This document shows, piece by piece, positions 49,923 to 57,276 of a stretch of DNA of 64,000 nt. The position numbers and the translations under genes are program-made. The stretch's first letter is position 1. The number at the start of each line of letters is the position of its first letter. The notes beneath the pieces were generated by a model. That model did not search any database, was not told the origin of the DNA, and was given only the letters and a program-made list of their open reading frames with translations. Source of the DNA: a virus; IMG/VR virus record IMGVR_UViG_3300036715_001290, positions 64,001-128,000 of that record, one strand, 5' to 3'.

Positions 49923-50070
49923 CTAACAGGTAAATCATTCCTGTATAATAAATGATTCATTTTTTAATGTTTTTATAAAAACCATTATTATATGTATGTA
50001 ATGTTAACAAACAATATAATGGAAAAAAATGAAACAGTTCAAAAAATAGAAAGATGCTTATAAAGAACAA

Positions 50071-50445
50071 ATGGGAAAACATAACTATAACAATGGTATA
50101 TATTTTTCTGTTGAATCAGGAATATCTAATATAGATGATTTGCCTTTTGCTGTAGGTGAAAACTTATGGATAATTATGGCCGATGGTTTTTATTTGTATG
50201 ATTATGAAGAATCAGCTACTGAGTACGGTGTAACATCCGATGGTAGATGGGTTGCTTTATCTGATGGACATTGTTCTTGTTATGGTTGGGAAGCTTCGGA
50301 AGGAGATTGTACTTACTATAAAAATTTGTTAGAATTATTAAAATGTGATAATAATGCGAAAGTAATATTAAAACATAAAGATATTTTAATACAAGTTTAT
50401 CCGTTCTTGAAAAAGTACTTTACTAAAAAAGTATTAGCATGCTAA
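50071..50445 (+). CDS. Hypothetical protein
   Basis: 124 aa, GHCSCYG motif. Confidence 0.55.
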   Translation: MGKHNYNNGIYFSVESGISNIDDLPFAVGENLWIIMADGFYLYDYEESATEYGVTSDGRWVALSDGHCSCYGWEASEGDCTYYKNLLELLKCDNNAKVILKHKDILIQVYPFLKKYFTKKVLAC

Positions 50446-50456
50446 TACTTAAATAC

Positions 50457-50527
50457 GCAATCATAGTTTATTGGTAGAATCTCTGGCTCTCAACCAGAGG
50501 AGATGGGATCGTAACCCATTGGTTGCA
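50457..50527 (+). tRNA. tRNA-Glu(CUC)
   Basis: TCTGG-ctCTCaa-CCAGA. Confidence 0.72.
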
Positions 50528-50535
50528 CAAATCAT

Positions 50536-50609
50536 CAGGCTATAGTATATGTGGTGAGTACGCATGACTTTCAATCATGAGTGGTCGGGTTCGAGTCCCG
50601 CTAGCCTGA
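50536..50609 (+). tRNA. tRNA-Glu(UUC)
   Basis: CATGA-ctTTCaa-TCATG. Confidence 0.8.
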
Positions 50610-50747
50610 CAATATGATCATCAACTCGTTTAAGATGACAATCATACCGATAAGTTAACTCTGTCGCTGTATGCACGAGTAAAAGATCTATTATATAAAC
50701 AATTAATACTATCCGTAAACAGTCTGGATGTCTAATATTTTTAATAT

Positions 50748-50821
50748 GCCTGCAAAGTACTGAAGGTAAGTACGCCGCCTCTGTAACGCGGAACGAGTCA
50801 GTTCGATCCTGACTGTGGGCT
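50748..50821 (+). tRNA. tRNA-Thr(UGU), C33 variant
   Basis: tcTGTaa loop, U73. Confidence 0.65.
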
Positions 50822-50831
50822 CAAAATAAAT

Positions 50832-50906
50832 GCTAATGTAACTCAATTGGATTAGAGTACCGCACTTGTAATGCGGAGGTTAAGAGTTCGATTCTCTTCA
50901 TTAGCT
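50832..50906 (+). tRNA. tRNA-Thr(UGU)
   Basis: CCGCA-ctTGTaa-TGCGG. Confidence 0.85.
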
Positions 50907-50925
50907 CAAACATAAAAAGGTTAAA

Positions 50926-51222
50926 ATGAAATCGTTTGATAGAATTGAATTAAGTACTTTAATTGAAAGACATCAATTTCTTTTTAAGGATAAAAAACAT
51001 CATGAATTTTCATTAGGTTTAGCAAAAGATATAATGGATATCTTTAAAGATAATATTTATATTATTGAAAATTGGTTAGAAAATACAAATTTAAAGTATC
51101 ATCCAGAATTGGATATTTTTAAAGATAAATTTGGATATTTAACAACATCTAAAGGTATTGATAATATTCTAAAACATTATTTTTTAGAAACTACTGGTTT
51201 AACTATTGATGAGATGAAATAA
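50926..51222 (+). CDS. Hypothetical protein
   Basis: AAGGT RBS, 98 aa. Confidence 0.55.
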   Translation: MKSFDRIELSTLIERHQFLFKDKKHHEFSLGLAKDIMDIFKDNIYIIENWLENTNLKYHPELDIFKDKFGYLTTSKGIDNILKHYFLETTGLTIDEMK

Positions 51223-51228
51223 AAATAT

Positions 51229-51301
51229 ATCCGTGGAGCTCGACTGGTTGAGCAATTGTCTGATACGCAATAGGTTGTGAGTTCAAATCTCATCGCGGAT
51301 A
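51229..51301 (+). tRNA. tRNA-Ile(GAU)
   Basis: ATTGT-ctGATac-GCAAT. Confidence 0.8.
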
Positions 51302-51307
51302 CTAAAT

Positions 51308-51383
51308 GCCCATATAACCCCCTTCCCTGATATGGAAGATAAAGGTAATGTTGAAAATAAAGGTTCAAGTCCTTTTATGGGTA
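51308..51383 (+). ncRNA. Rearranged tRNA-like RNA lacking a D arm
   Basis: GCCCATA/TATGGGT; CTTCC-ctGATat-GGAAG placed where the D arm should be; T arm intact. Confidence 0.5.
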
Positions 51384-51389
51384 CTATAT

Positions 51390-51463
51390 GCTGGGGTAGC
51401 ATAATCGGTAAATGCATACGGCTTATATCCGTGAGACAGTGTGTTCGAACCACACCTCCAGTA
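51390..51463 (+). tRNA. tRNA-Ile(UAU)
   Basis: TACGG-ctTATat-CCGTG. Confidence 0.75.
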
Positions 51464-51492
51464 CAAAAAATAGTTATAAAATAAAGATTCTT

Positions 51493-51702
51493 ATGGAATA
51501 CACTCAAGAAAAAATTGATGAAATTATCAAAAATATTAACGAAATGAGTCAATATCAAATGGCTTATATATGGAGATTTGCTCCAAGTGGTAATATATAT
51601 TTTGATAGTAAGTTACCATTTTTTGAAGTTTTTAATAAACGATTTAATGAACTTGGTGGAATGACACCTGAAATTAGTAAAAGCTTAGGATGGAATAAAT
51701 GA
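51493..51702 (+). CDS. Hypothetical protein
   Basis: ATG 51493 (track start lies within tRNA); GGMTPEISKSLGW. Confidence 0.6.
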   Translation: MEYTQEKIDEIIKNINEMSQYQMAYIWRFAPSGNIYFDSKLPFFEVFNKRFNELGGMTPEISKSLGWNK

Positions 51703-51932
51703 GTGTAACTGTAATTAAACCATGTCCATTTTGTAATAGTACAAACTTACATATGGATTATGAAGGTAATAATTCTAGTGGATTTGATGAAATTCGATGT
51801 AAAGATTGCGGAGCAATTGTAACATTTGGAAAAAAAGGTGACTGTTTCAGAGGTATAGATATTATGCAATGGAATACACGTCCAATTCCAGTTGCTATTG
51901 AATTTGATTTTAATGAAATAATTAAATACTAA
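51699..51932 (+). CDS. Lar-family zinc-finger protein
   Basis: KPCPFC...CKDCGA...WNTR. Confidence 0.65.
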   Translation: MSVTVIKPCPFCNSTNLHMDYEGNNSSGFDEIRCKDCGAIVTFGKKGDCFRGIDIMQWNTRPIPVAIEFDFNEIIKY

Positions 51933-51941
51933 GATATTATT

Positions 51942-52271
51942 ATGACAACAAAATATTTAGTAAGAATGTTGGATTATACCAATAAAGAAAATATTGAAGT
52001 ATATTTAACACCAACAAAAGAAATACGATTTGATGTAATTGCTGTAACTTTTTATAAAAATGGTGCATATGATGCAAGACCTGCTGATTATGATTATCAT
52101 AATGGTTGGTATGATTATGAACCACCAATTGAGTTAACTGTTGAACAACTTGATTTGGCATTAAAAATTGCAGAATCGGAATTGTTAAAAGAAATTAAGA
52201 TAGATGTAAAAAAGAATATTGTTGATGATTTAGTAAAACTAAAAATTGATGATTTAATTTTTTATAAATGA
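51942..52271 (+). CDS. Hypothetical protein
   Basis: 109-aa ORF. Confidence 0.5.
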   Translation: MTTKYLVRMLDYTNKENIEVYLTPTKEIRFDVIAVTFYKNGAYDARPADYDYHNGWYDYEPPIELTVEQLDLALKIAESELLKEIKIDVKKNIVDDLVKLKIDDLIFYK

Positions 52272-52280
52272 TATTAAAAA

Positions 52281-52380
52281 CTGATAGTATGGCGGAATAG
52301 TAGACGCACTGATAGTATACTATAATAATAAGTAGAACTCGGTTTATTTTTATATAGGTTCATATCCTATTACTATTAAG
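52281..52380 (+). ncRNA. Degenerate tRNA-like element
   Basis: TGGCGGAAT..TAGACGC D arm, ATAGGTTCATATCCTAT T arm, no anticodon loop. Confidence 0.4.
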
Positions 52381-52389
52381 ATTAATGAT

Positions 52390-52469
52390 GCAAGTATGGC
52401 GAAATGGTATACGCGGTCCCATATGAGGACTGTCTTACGGCATGTAGGTTCGAGTCCTACTACTTTGCA
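52390..52469 (+). tRNA. Leu-type tRNA body with aberrant loop CATATGA
   Basis: TGGCGAAATGGTATACGC D arm, long variable arm, canonical T arm. Confidence 0.55.
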
Positions 52470-52474
52470 CAAAT

Positions 52475-52548
52475 GTTTATATGTTGTATCGGTAGCAAAC
52501 GGGCCGTAACTGGAGCCGGAGATCATGGTTCAATTCCTGATATAAACA
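52475..52548 (+). ncRNA. Degenerate tRNA-like element
   Basis: GTTTATA/TATAAAC acceptor, GGTTCAATTCC. Confidence 0.4.
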
Positions 52549-52549
52549 C

Positions 52550-52687
52550 TAAGTCCTTATGAACTTCGTAGGCTAAATGTCGATAGTTGAAATCAGCCTT
52601 AAGTTGGAGTTAACAACCAACATGAGCATGTTCAAGTGCATGCTTCCTGAATATAGACAGGACAAATAAATGTCGACTAAGGACTTA
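52550..52687 (+). ncRNA. Orphan structured RNA
   Basis: Closing stem TAAGTCCTTA/TAAGGACTTA, four internal hairpins. Confidence 0.5.
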
Positions 52688-52697
52688 ATTTTAATAT

Positions 52698-52770
52698 GTG
52701 GGTATGGTGTAATGGGTAAACATACTGGGCGTTAGCCCGTGAGACGTAGGTTCGAGTCCTGCTATCCTCT
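52698..52770 (+). ncRNA. tRNA-like RNA with 4-nt anticodon loop
   Basis: GGGC-gtta-GCCC, canonical D and T arms. Confidence 0.5.
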
Positions 52771-52863
52771 GCTTTTTATAAATAACGAGGCGACAGTACG
52801 CGCCTACAATACTAGAAATAGTAAGAGATAAAAAGGTACAAAACATATTTTTTATTTTAATTT

Positions 52864-52972
52864 AATTATATAGCATAAATGGTAAATGCACACAGTCTTA
52901 GCATTGTGTAGAGTGGTTCGAGTCCACTATTGTTAGGGATGGCCTGTGTAGGTTCGAGTCCTACTATAATTA
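52864..52972 (+). ncRNA. tRNA-like RNA with two tandem T arms
   Basis: AGTGG-TTCGAGT-CCACT and GTAGG-TTCGAGT-CCTAC inside one acceptor stem. Confidence 0.55.
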
Positions 52973-52983
52973 AATTATGATAT

Positions 52984-53094
52984 GACTACAACAACTGATG
53001 GGTAATACTAATATTAATTGGATCATTTTTGCGAATTAATATAATATGTATTTCAATTCAAGAGTAAGCAAATGTGAGGGTTGATGTTGTAGTT
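52984..53094 (+). ncRNA. Orphan structured RNA
   Basis: Closing stem GACTACAACA/TGTTGTAGTT. Confidence 0.4.
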
Positions 53095-53098
53095 GCTT

Positions 53099-53262
53099 TT
53101 TATGAATGATGATGAGTAACGGAAGAGGGTAGACTCCAATTACATCAATTTAAGTAGATACGCCGATAAACGCTCGTGAGTACGTTACGCAAGTCGAGCA
53201 AAGCCTTAGTCGCACGGATGTAAACCAGCGGTGTTGAAATATACATCTGCATCATTCATAAA
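53099..53262 (+). ncRNA. Orphan structured RNA
   Basis: 13-bp closing stem TTTATGAATGATG/CATCATTCATAAA around a GC-enriched core. Confidence 0.5.
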
Positions 53263-53272
53263 TAATTAAAAT

Positions 53273-53349
53273 ACGCGGGTCGTCTAAATTGGCAGTAGGA
53301 CATTGAACGTTTAGTTCAAAGATCTAAGTTGGATCCTTAGTCTGACGTA
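53273..53349 (+). ncRNA. tRNA-like RNA with aberrant loop
   Basis: D arm GTCTAAATTGGCAGTAGGAC; TTGAAC-gttta-GTTCAA; altered T loop. Confidence 0.45.
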
Positions 53350-53369
53350 CATTTTAATTATTAACTAAA

Positions 53370-53398
53370 TTGACATTTGATTTATAAATGGTTATATT
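53370..53398 (+). promoter_or_regulatory. Sigma70-type promoter
   Basis: TTGACA-N17-TATATT(TG). Confidence 0.75.
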
Positions 53399-53424
53399 TG
53401 TATATAAAAATTAATGGACAATCA

Positions 53425-53847
53425 ATGCAAACATTTCTTCCATATAAATCATTTAACGAATCTGCACAATGTTTAGATTATCGTAGGTTAGGTAAACAAC
53501 GTATAGAAGCTAAACAGTTATTACAAATTTTATTAAGTGAAACTGATAAGAAAGGTTGGAGAAATCATCCAGCTTTATTAATGTGGAAAGGATATGAAAA
53601 TTCTTTAGCATATTATGGAATGATAATTTGTGAAGAATGGATTCGTAGAGGATATAAAGATAATCAATTAGATTATTTTAAAGAAAGATCTAATATTGAT
53701 AATGTAATATTACCACATTGGTTAGATGACAATTTTACTAAAAGTCATCGCTCAAATTTATTAAGAAAAGATAAAGAATTTTATTCTAAATATGGTTGGG
53801 ATGTTCCTGATGATTTGGAATACATTTGGCCTACAAAAATAAAATAA
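53425..53847 (+). CDS. Pyrimidine-dimer glycosylase (DenV)/MSMEG_6728-family protein
   Basis: MQTFLPY...LDYRRLGKQRIE...HPALLMW...SHRSNLLRKD. Confidence 0.75.
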   Translation: MQTFLPYKSFNESAQCLDYRRLGKQRIEAKQLLQILLSETDKKGWRNHPALLMWKGYENSLAYYGMIICEEWIRRGYKDNQLDYFKERSNIDNVILPHWLDDNFTKSHRSNLLRKDKEFYSKYGWDVPDDLEYIWPTKIK

Positions 53848-53854
53848 GGTTACT

Positions 53855-54232
53855 ATGAAAAAGTTTCTATATGTAAAGGCAGATACCAATGATACCAATG
53901 ATGCCGATTATGTTACTAGTTTGAATGAAATAGCAGATGAAGATATAAAACTAATGCAGCCTTTATTTGAGGCAATTAAAAGATTTGAACTATATGTTGG
54001 AAATATAAGAAATTATTCACCCGGGAATCCTTGGACCCATTCTAATAACTTTCCAACAAATGAATGTTGCAGAAAAGATTTAGGTGAAAAATATGCATCT
54101 GAATTATATGCCGATTATAAGGAAGCATTTGAATTGTTTGATGAAGATTATGTTCCCAGTTCTGAATATGGTATACATACTATTGAAGAAATAAAAGTTT
54201 TTGAAGTTGAAAATGTAAGAATATTAGTATAA
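53855..54232 (+). CDS. Hypothetical protein
   Basis: AAGGT RBS; DTNDADY motif. Confidence 0.55.
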   Translation: MKKFLYVKADTNDTNDADYVTSLNEIADEDIKLMQPLFEAIKRFELYVGNIRNYSPGNPWTHSNNFPTNECCRKDLGEKYASELYADYKEAFELFDEDYVPSSEYGIHTIEEIKVFEVENVRILV

Positions 54233-54261
54233 CCTAATTCTTCGTTATATTTATATTAAAT

Positions 54262-54346
54262 GCTGATATGGTTGTAATGGTAAACACGGAGGACTTAAAA
54301 TCCTCTGGACTTAATGTCCGTAGGGGTTCGAGTCCCCTTATCAGTA
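54262..54346 (+). tRNA. tRNA-Leu(UAA)
   Basis: GAGGA-ctTAAaa-TCCTC, long variable arm. Confidence 0.85.
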
Positions 54347-54352
54347 CAAAAT

Positions 54353-54436
54353 GGGCGGGTGGCGTAATTGGCAGCCGCATCAGACTTAAGATCTGATATC
54401 CGTAAGGGTGTGAGGGTTCGAGTCCCTCCTCGTCTA
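54353..54436 (+). tRNA. tRNA-Leu(UAA)
   Basis: TCAGA-ctTAAga-TCTGA, long variable arm. Confidence 0.85.
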
Positions 54437-54440
54437 CTAA

Positions 54441-54524
54441 TATTGTTAGGTGTTACGATAAATAGCATAACTGTTGGCTCATAACATGAGGTGATGGTAG
54501 GAACGGTTCGACTCCGTAGCAATA
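54441..54524 (+). ncRNA. tRNA-like RNA with elongated anticodon arm
   Basis: TATTGTT/AGCAATA, ACGG-TTCGACT-CCGT. Confidence 0.45.
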
Positions 54525-54545
54525 TGAAATTAATAAAGGTTATGT

Positions 54546-54944
54546 ATGAAAACATTAGAACAACTTAAAGAAGAGTATACTAAAAGATTAATAGTTCCTA
54601 TTGAAGGGTCTACTAATATTCAATTAGTTACTAAAAGTGGTTTTCCATTTTGTCCTGCTGGTTATAATAGAATTGTAATTGGTGAACGTGGACCTTATGT
54701 TGAGTTTGAAGATGTTTATATGCATAGTGTACATATTCCTGAAGACCAAGAATATAGAACAAATTGTACCTTTAGTAAAGTTTATTATATTGAACATCGT
54801 ACTATTGATGAATCAAATGTAAAAATATATGAGCAATTAAGAACTGTAAATTATGCAGATTATTTAATTGGTAAATTTTACGTATCACCATTTGATTTGA
54901 AAATTATGGATGGGCCCAATCTTATTGAGTCTATTAAAAAATAA
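54546..54944 (+). CDS. Hypothetical protein
   Basis: 132 aa; GYNRIVIGERGPYVEF. Confidence 0.6.
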   Translation: MKTLEQLKEEYTKRLIVPIEGSTNIQLVTKSGFPFCPAGYNRIVIGERGPYVEFEDVYMHSVHIPEDQEYRTNCTFSKVYYIEHRTIDESNVKIYEQLRTVNYADYLIGKFYVSPFDLKIMDGPNLIESIKK

Positions 54945-55044
54945 TGTTAGATTATAATAAACTTGATGTTGAATTTTCAAAAGAATTAAATAAATGGAGT
55001 TATATAAAATTAACTTTATGGATTTTGTTCGATAAATTAAGAAT

Positions 55045-55117
55045 GCTAATGTAGTTGTAATTGGTAAAACGAGTCCTTGGTAAGGATTAGTAAACGGATC
55101 GTAACCGTTCTTTAGCT
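55045..55117 (+). tRNA. tRNA-Thr(GGU)
   Basis: AGTCC-ttGGTaa-GGATT. Confidence 0.72.
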
Positions 55118-55132
55118 CAAAAAAATACATAT

Positions 55133-55206
55133 GCCGAGGTAAGTTAATTGGATAGACGATTAGAATGTGAATCTAATCAGTATGCGTTCGAACCGCGTCC
55201 TCGGTA
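55133..55206 (+). tRNA. tRNA-His(GUG) lacking encoded G-1:C73
   Basis: TTAGA-atGTGaa-TCTAA; A73. Confidence 0.7.
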
Positions 55207-55215
55207 CTAAAACAT

Positions 55216-55287
55216 TACTCTATCGTATAATGGTTATTACGCCGTCCTTTGAAGTCGGTTATTATAGTTCGAATCTATATAGAGTAG
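55216..55287 (+). tRNA. tRNA-Gln(UUG)
   Basis: U1-A72, G73, ctTTGaa loop. Confidence 0.78.
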
Positions 55288-55293
55288 CAAAAT

Positions 55294-55377
55294 GCATCTA
55301 TGGTGTAATAGGTAAACACGATAGTCTAAGAAGCTATTGGGAGCAATCCCGTAAGAGTTCGAGTCTCTTTAGGTGTA
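55294..55377 (+). tRNA. tRNA-Leu(AAG)
   Basis: ATAGT-ctAAGaa-GCTAT, long variable arm, A73. Confidence 0.8.
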
Positions 55378-55378
55378 C

Positions 55379-55590
55379 TAAATATTTATATGACATGTCG
55401 CTGATAATATTTATCAGAGGAACTTTGGGCATATAAAGGATATGTAGGAGATATAGAATCGTTTGTACTACAAGACGTGTATGAAACATCAAATGATGAG
55501 TTAGCAATCCTTTAACATATCATCAGGTAAGATGGATTAGAAAAATGACATGTTGAAATAACGGAACTCTAAGTATAGTATAAATATTTA
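55379..55590 (+). ncRNA. rnpB: Minimal RNase P RNA (~212 nt)
   Basis: P1 TAAATATTTATA/TATAAATATTTA; P2 CATGTCG/TGACATG; P3; GAGGAACTTTGGG; TGAAAC; AGCAA; P15 with GGTAA loop; ACGGAACTCTAAGT completing P4. Confidence 0.82.
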
Positions 55591-55597
55591 ATCTTAG

Positions 55598-55626
55598 TTG
55601 ACATTTGATATAATAATGGTTATATT
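55598..55626 (+). promoter_or_regulatory. Sigma70-type promoter
   Basis: TTGACA-N17-TATATT(TG). Confidence 0.75.
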
Positions 55627-55645
55627 TGAATATCAATTATTTAAT

Positions 55646-55718
55646 GCGGTAGTAATTCAATTGGTAGAATACCACATTGCCAATGTGGAGGTTGTCGGTT
55701 CGAGACCGGTTTACCGCA
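55646..55718 (+). tRNA. tRNA-Gly(GCC)
   Basis: CCACA-ttGCCaa-TGTGG. Confidence 0.85.
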
Positions 55719-55804
55719 CAACATTAAAGGAAAATATTATGAAGAAACTTTTAGTAAAAGGTATATTTTTTCAGTAAGGTAAAACTAACTAAGGAAAAAT
55801 ATAT

Positions 55805-56242
55805 ATGAAGAAAATCAATAAAAAAAATCCAGTAACTGTATGTATTGAATCAAATAATACATACCCAAGATTAATTACTGCAAAATTCATTTCATATTCA
55901 GATGTTGTATCATTCTTTGTAAAAAGAGGTTATACAAAAGCAAATATTGAAAGATGGATTAAAGATTATAAAAATTCTCATAAATTTTATGAGTATAATA
56001 AATATGATAAACAAAGTTTTAATGAACAAGCTAAAGTTGTAATTAAAGCTAATTCTCAATGGTATGGTTACAATAGCATATTTATAGAAGATCCAATTAA
56101 AATTGTTGATTCATTTGGTACTAAGATTAATTTTTATTCAACAGTACTAAATGATATAACTAAAAGATCATCTATTGAAAAGGATACTCAACCTTTTTAT
56201 GACATGTATCGTGTTAGAGTACGATATTGTAAGAATCGTTAA
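55805..56242 (+). CDS. Hypothetical protein
   Basis: AAGGA RBS, 145 aa. Confidence 0.55.
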   Translation: MKKINKKNPVTVCIESNNTYPRLITAKFISYSDVVSFFVKRGYTKANIERWIKDYKNSHKFYEYNKYDKQSFNEQAKVVIKANSQWYGYNSIFIEDPIKIVDSFGTKINFYSTVLNDITKRSSIEKDTQPFYDMYRVRVRYCKNR

Positions 56243-56262
56243 TATTTATATTATGGATATTT

Positions 56263-56348
56263 GGAAGATCCCATGTGGTGCGGTACTCGGTCCTGAAAAC
56301 CGTTAGGACGTTAATAGCGTTGTAAGAGTTCGAATCTCTTATCTTCCT
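56263..56348 (+). tRNA. tRNA-Ser(UGA), C33 variant
   Basis: GGAAGAT/ATCTTCC, ccTGAaa loop, long variable arm. Confidence 0.7.
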
Positions 56349-56355
56349 CTAAAAT

Positions 56356-56440
56356 GCTGGTGTGGTTGTAATGGTAAACACATACGCCTTAGAAGCGTAG
56401 GGGTGATCTGCCCGTGAGAGTTCGAGTCTCTCCATCAGTA
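56356..56440 (+). tRNA. tRNA-Leu(UAG)
   Basis: TACGC-ctTAGaa-GCGTA. Confidence 0.85.
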
Positions 56441-56448
56441 CAAAATAT

Positions 56449-56520
56449 GTGCGTTAAGCTGAAGTGGATAGGTATAGGTCTGCAAAACCTATGTAGTTGG
56501 TTCGAGTCCAACAATGCACT
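56449..56520 (+). tRNA. tRNA-Cys(GCA)
   Basis: TAGGT-ctGCAaa-ACCTA, U73. Confidence 0.78.
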
Positions 56521-56528
56521 CAAAATAT

Positions 56529-56601
56529 GCCCGTGTAGTTCAATGGCTCAGAATGTTAGGTCTACACCCTAATGATAACAGTTCGACTCTGTTCGCGGGT
56601 A
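56529..56601 (+). tRNA. tRNA-Val(UAC), C33 variant
   Basis: TTAGG-tcTACac-CCTAA. Confidence 0.7.
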
Positions 56602-56607
56602 CTACAT

Positions 56608-56680
56608 CCCAGTATCGTATAACGGCTTATTATATTGCGCTTCCAACGCAAGGACGTGGTTTCGATTACCACTACTGGGT
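56608..56680 (+). tRNA. tRNA-Gly(UCC)
   Basis: TTGCG-ctTCCaa-CGCAA, U73. Confidence 0.78.
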
Positions 56681-56715
56681 CAAATAAATAGTTATTAAAT
56701 AAAACAAACTAACCT

Positions 56716-57276
56716 ATGAATAAAAGATTAATAATATCAAGATATAATGAAAATTTAGATTGGCTTGATAGAATTAATTTTGATTATCTTGTTTATAATA
56801 AAGGTGAAAATATAAATCTACCATATATTAGATTGGAAAATATAGGTAGAGAAACTGATACATATTTAAGATTTATTATAGAACATTACAATAACTTACC
56901 AAATTATTTAATATTATGTCAAGGAAATCCATTTACACATCATAGAGATTTTGTAAATGTTGTTAATGAATTTAGTCATAATGATAATTCCGTTGTTTAT
57001 TTAAGTGAACATATTGTTAATGATGAACCATATAATCATAATCCTGAAAATGGTGATATAAGATGTGATAAATTATTAGACATACTTAACATTCCATATT
57101 CTAAAAATAATCTTTTATTTCCAGCAGGAGCTCAATTTATAATACCTAAAGATAAAATAACAAATAAAACTATTGAATTTTGGAAAGAATGTTTAAGAGT
57201 ATGTAATACATATTCTATAATGCCTTGGGTATTTGAAAGAGTATTTCCTATAATATTTGAGTATAATAATGTTTGA
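56716..57276 (+). CDS. DUF3431-like protein
   Basis: SRYNE...GRETDTYLRFIIEHYNNLP...GAQF...ER. Confidence 0.65.
   Translation: MNKRLIISRYNENLDWLDRINFDYLVYNKGENINLPYIRLENIGRETDTYLRFIIEHYNNLPNYLILCQGNPFTHHRDFVNVVNEFSHNDNSVVYLSEHIVNDEPYNHNPENGDIRCDKLLDILNIPYSKNNLLFPAGAQFIIPKDKITNKTIEFWKECLRVCNTYSIMPWVFERVFPIIFEYNNV

Noticed and set aside
50620-50682. Purine riboswitch
   Set aside because: ACTCGT/ACGAGT stem present but conserved junction and loop sequences are missing
56529-56601. Second amber suppressor (CTA in loop)
   Set aside because: Stem register TTAGG/CCTAA places TAC, not CTA, at positions 34-36
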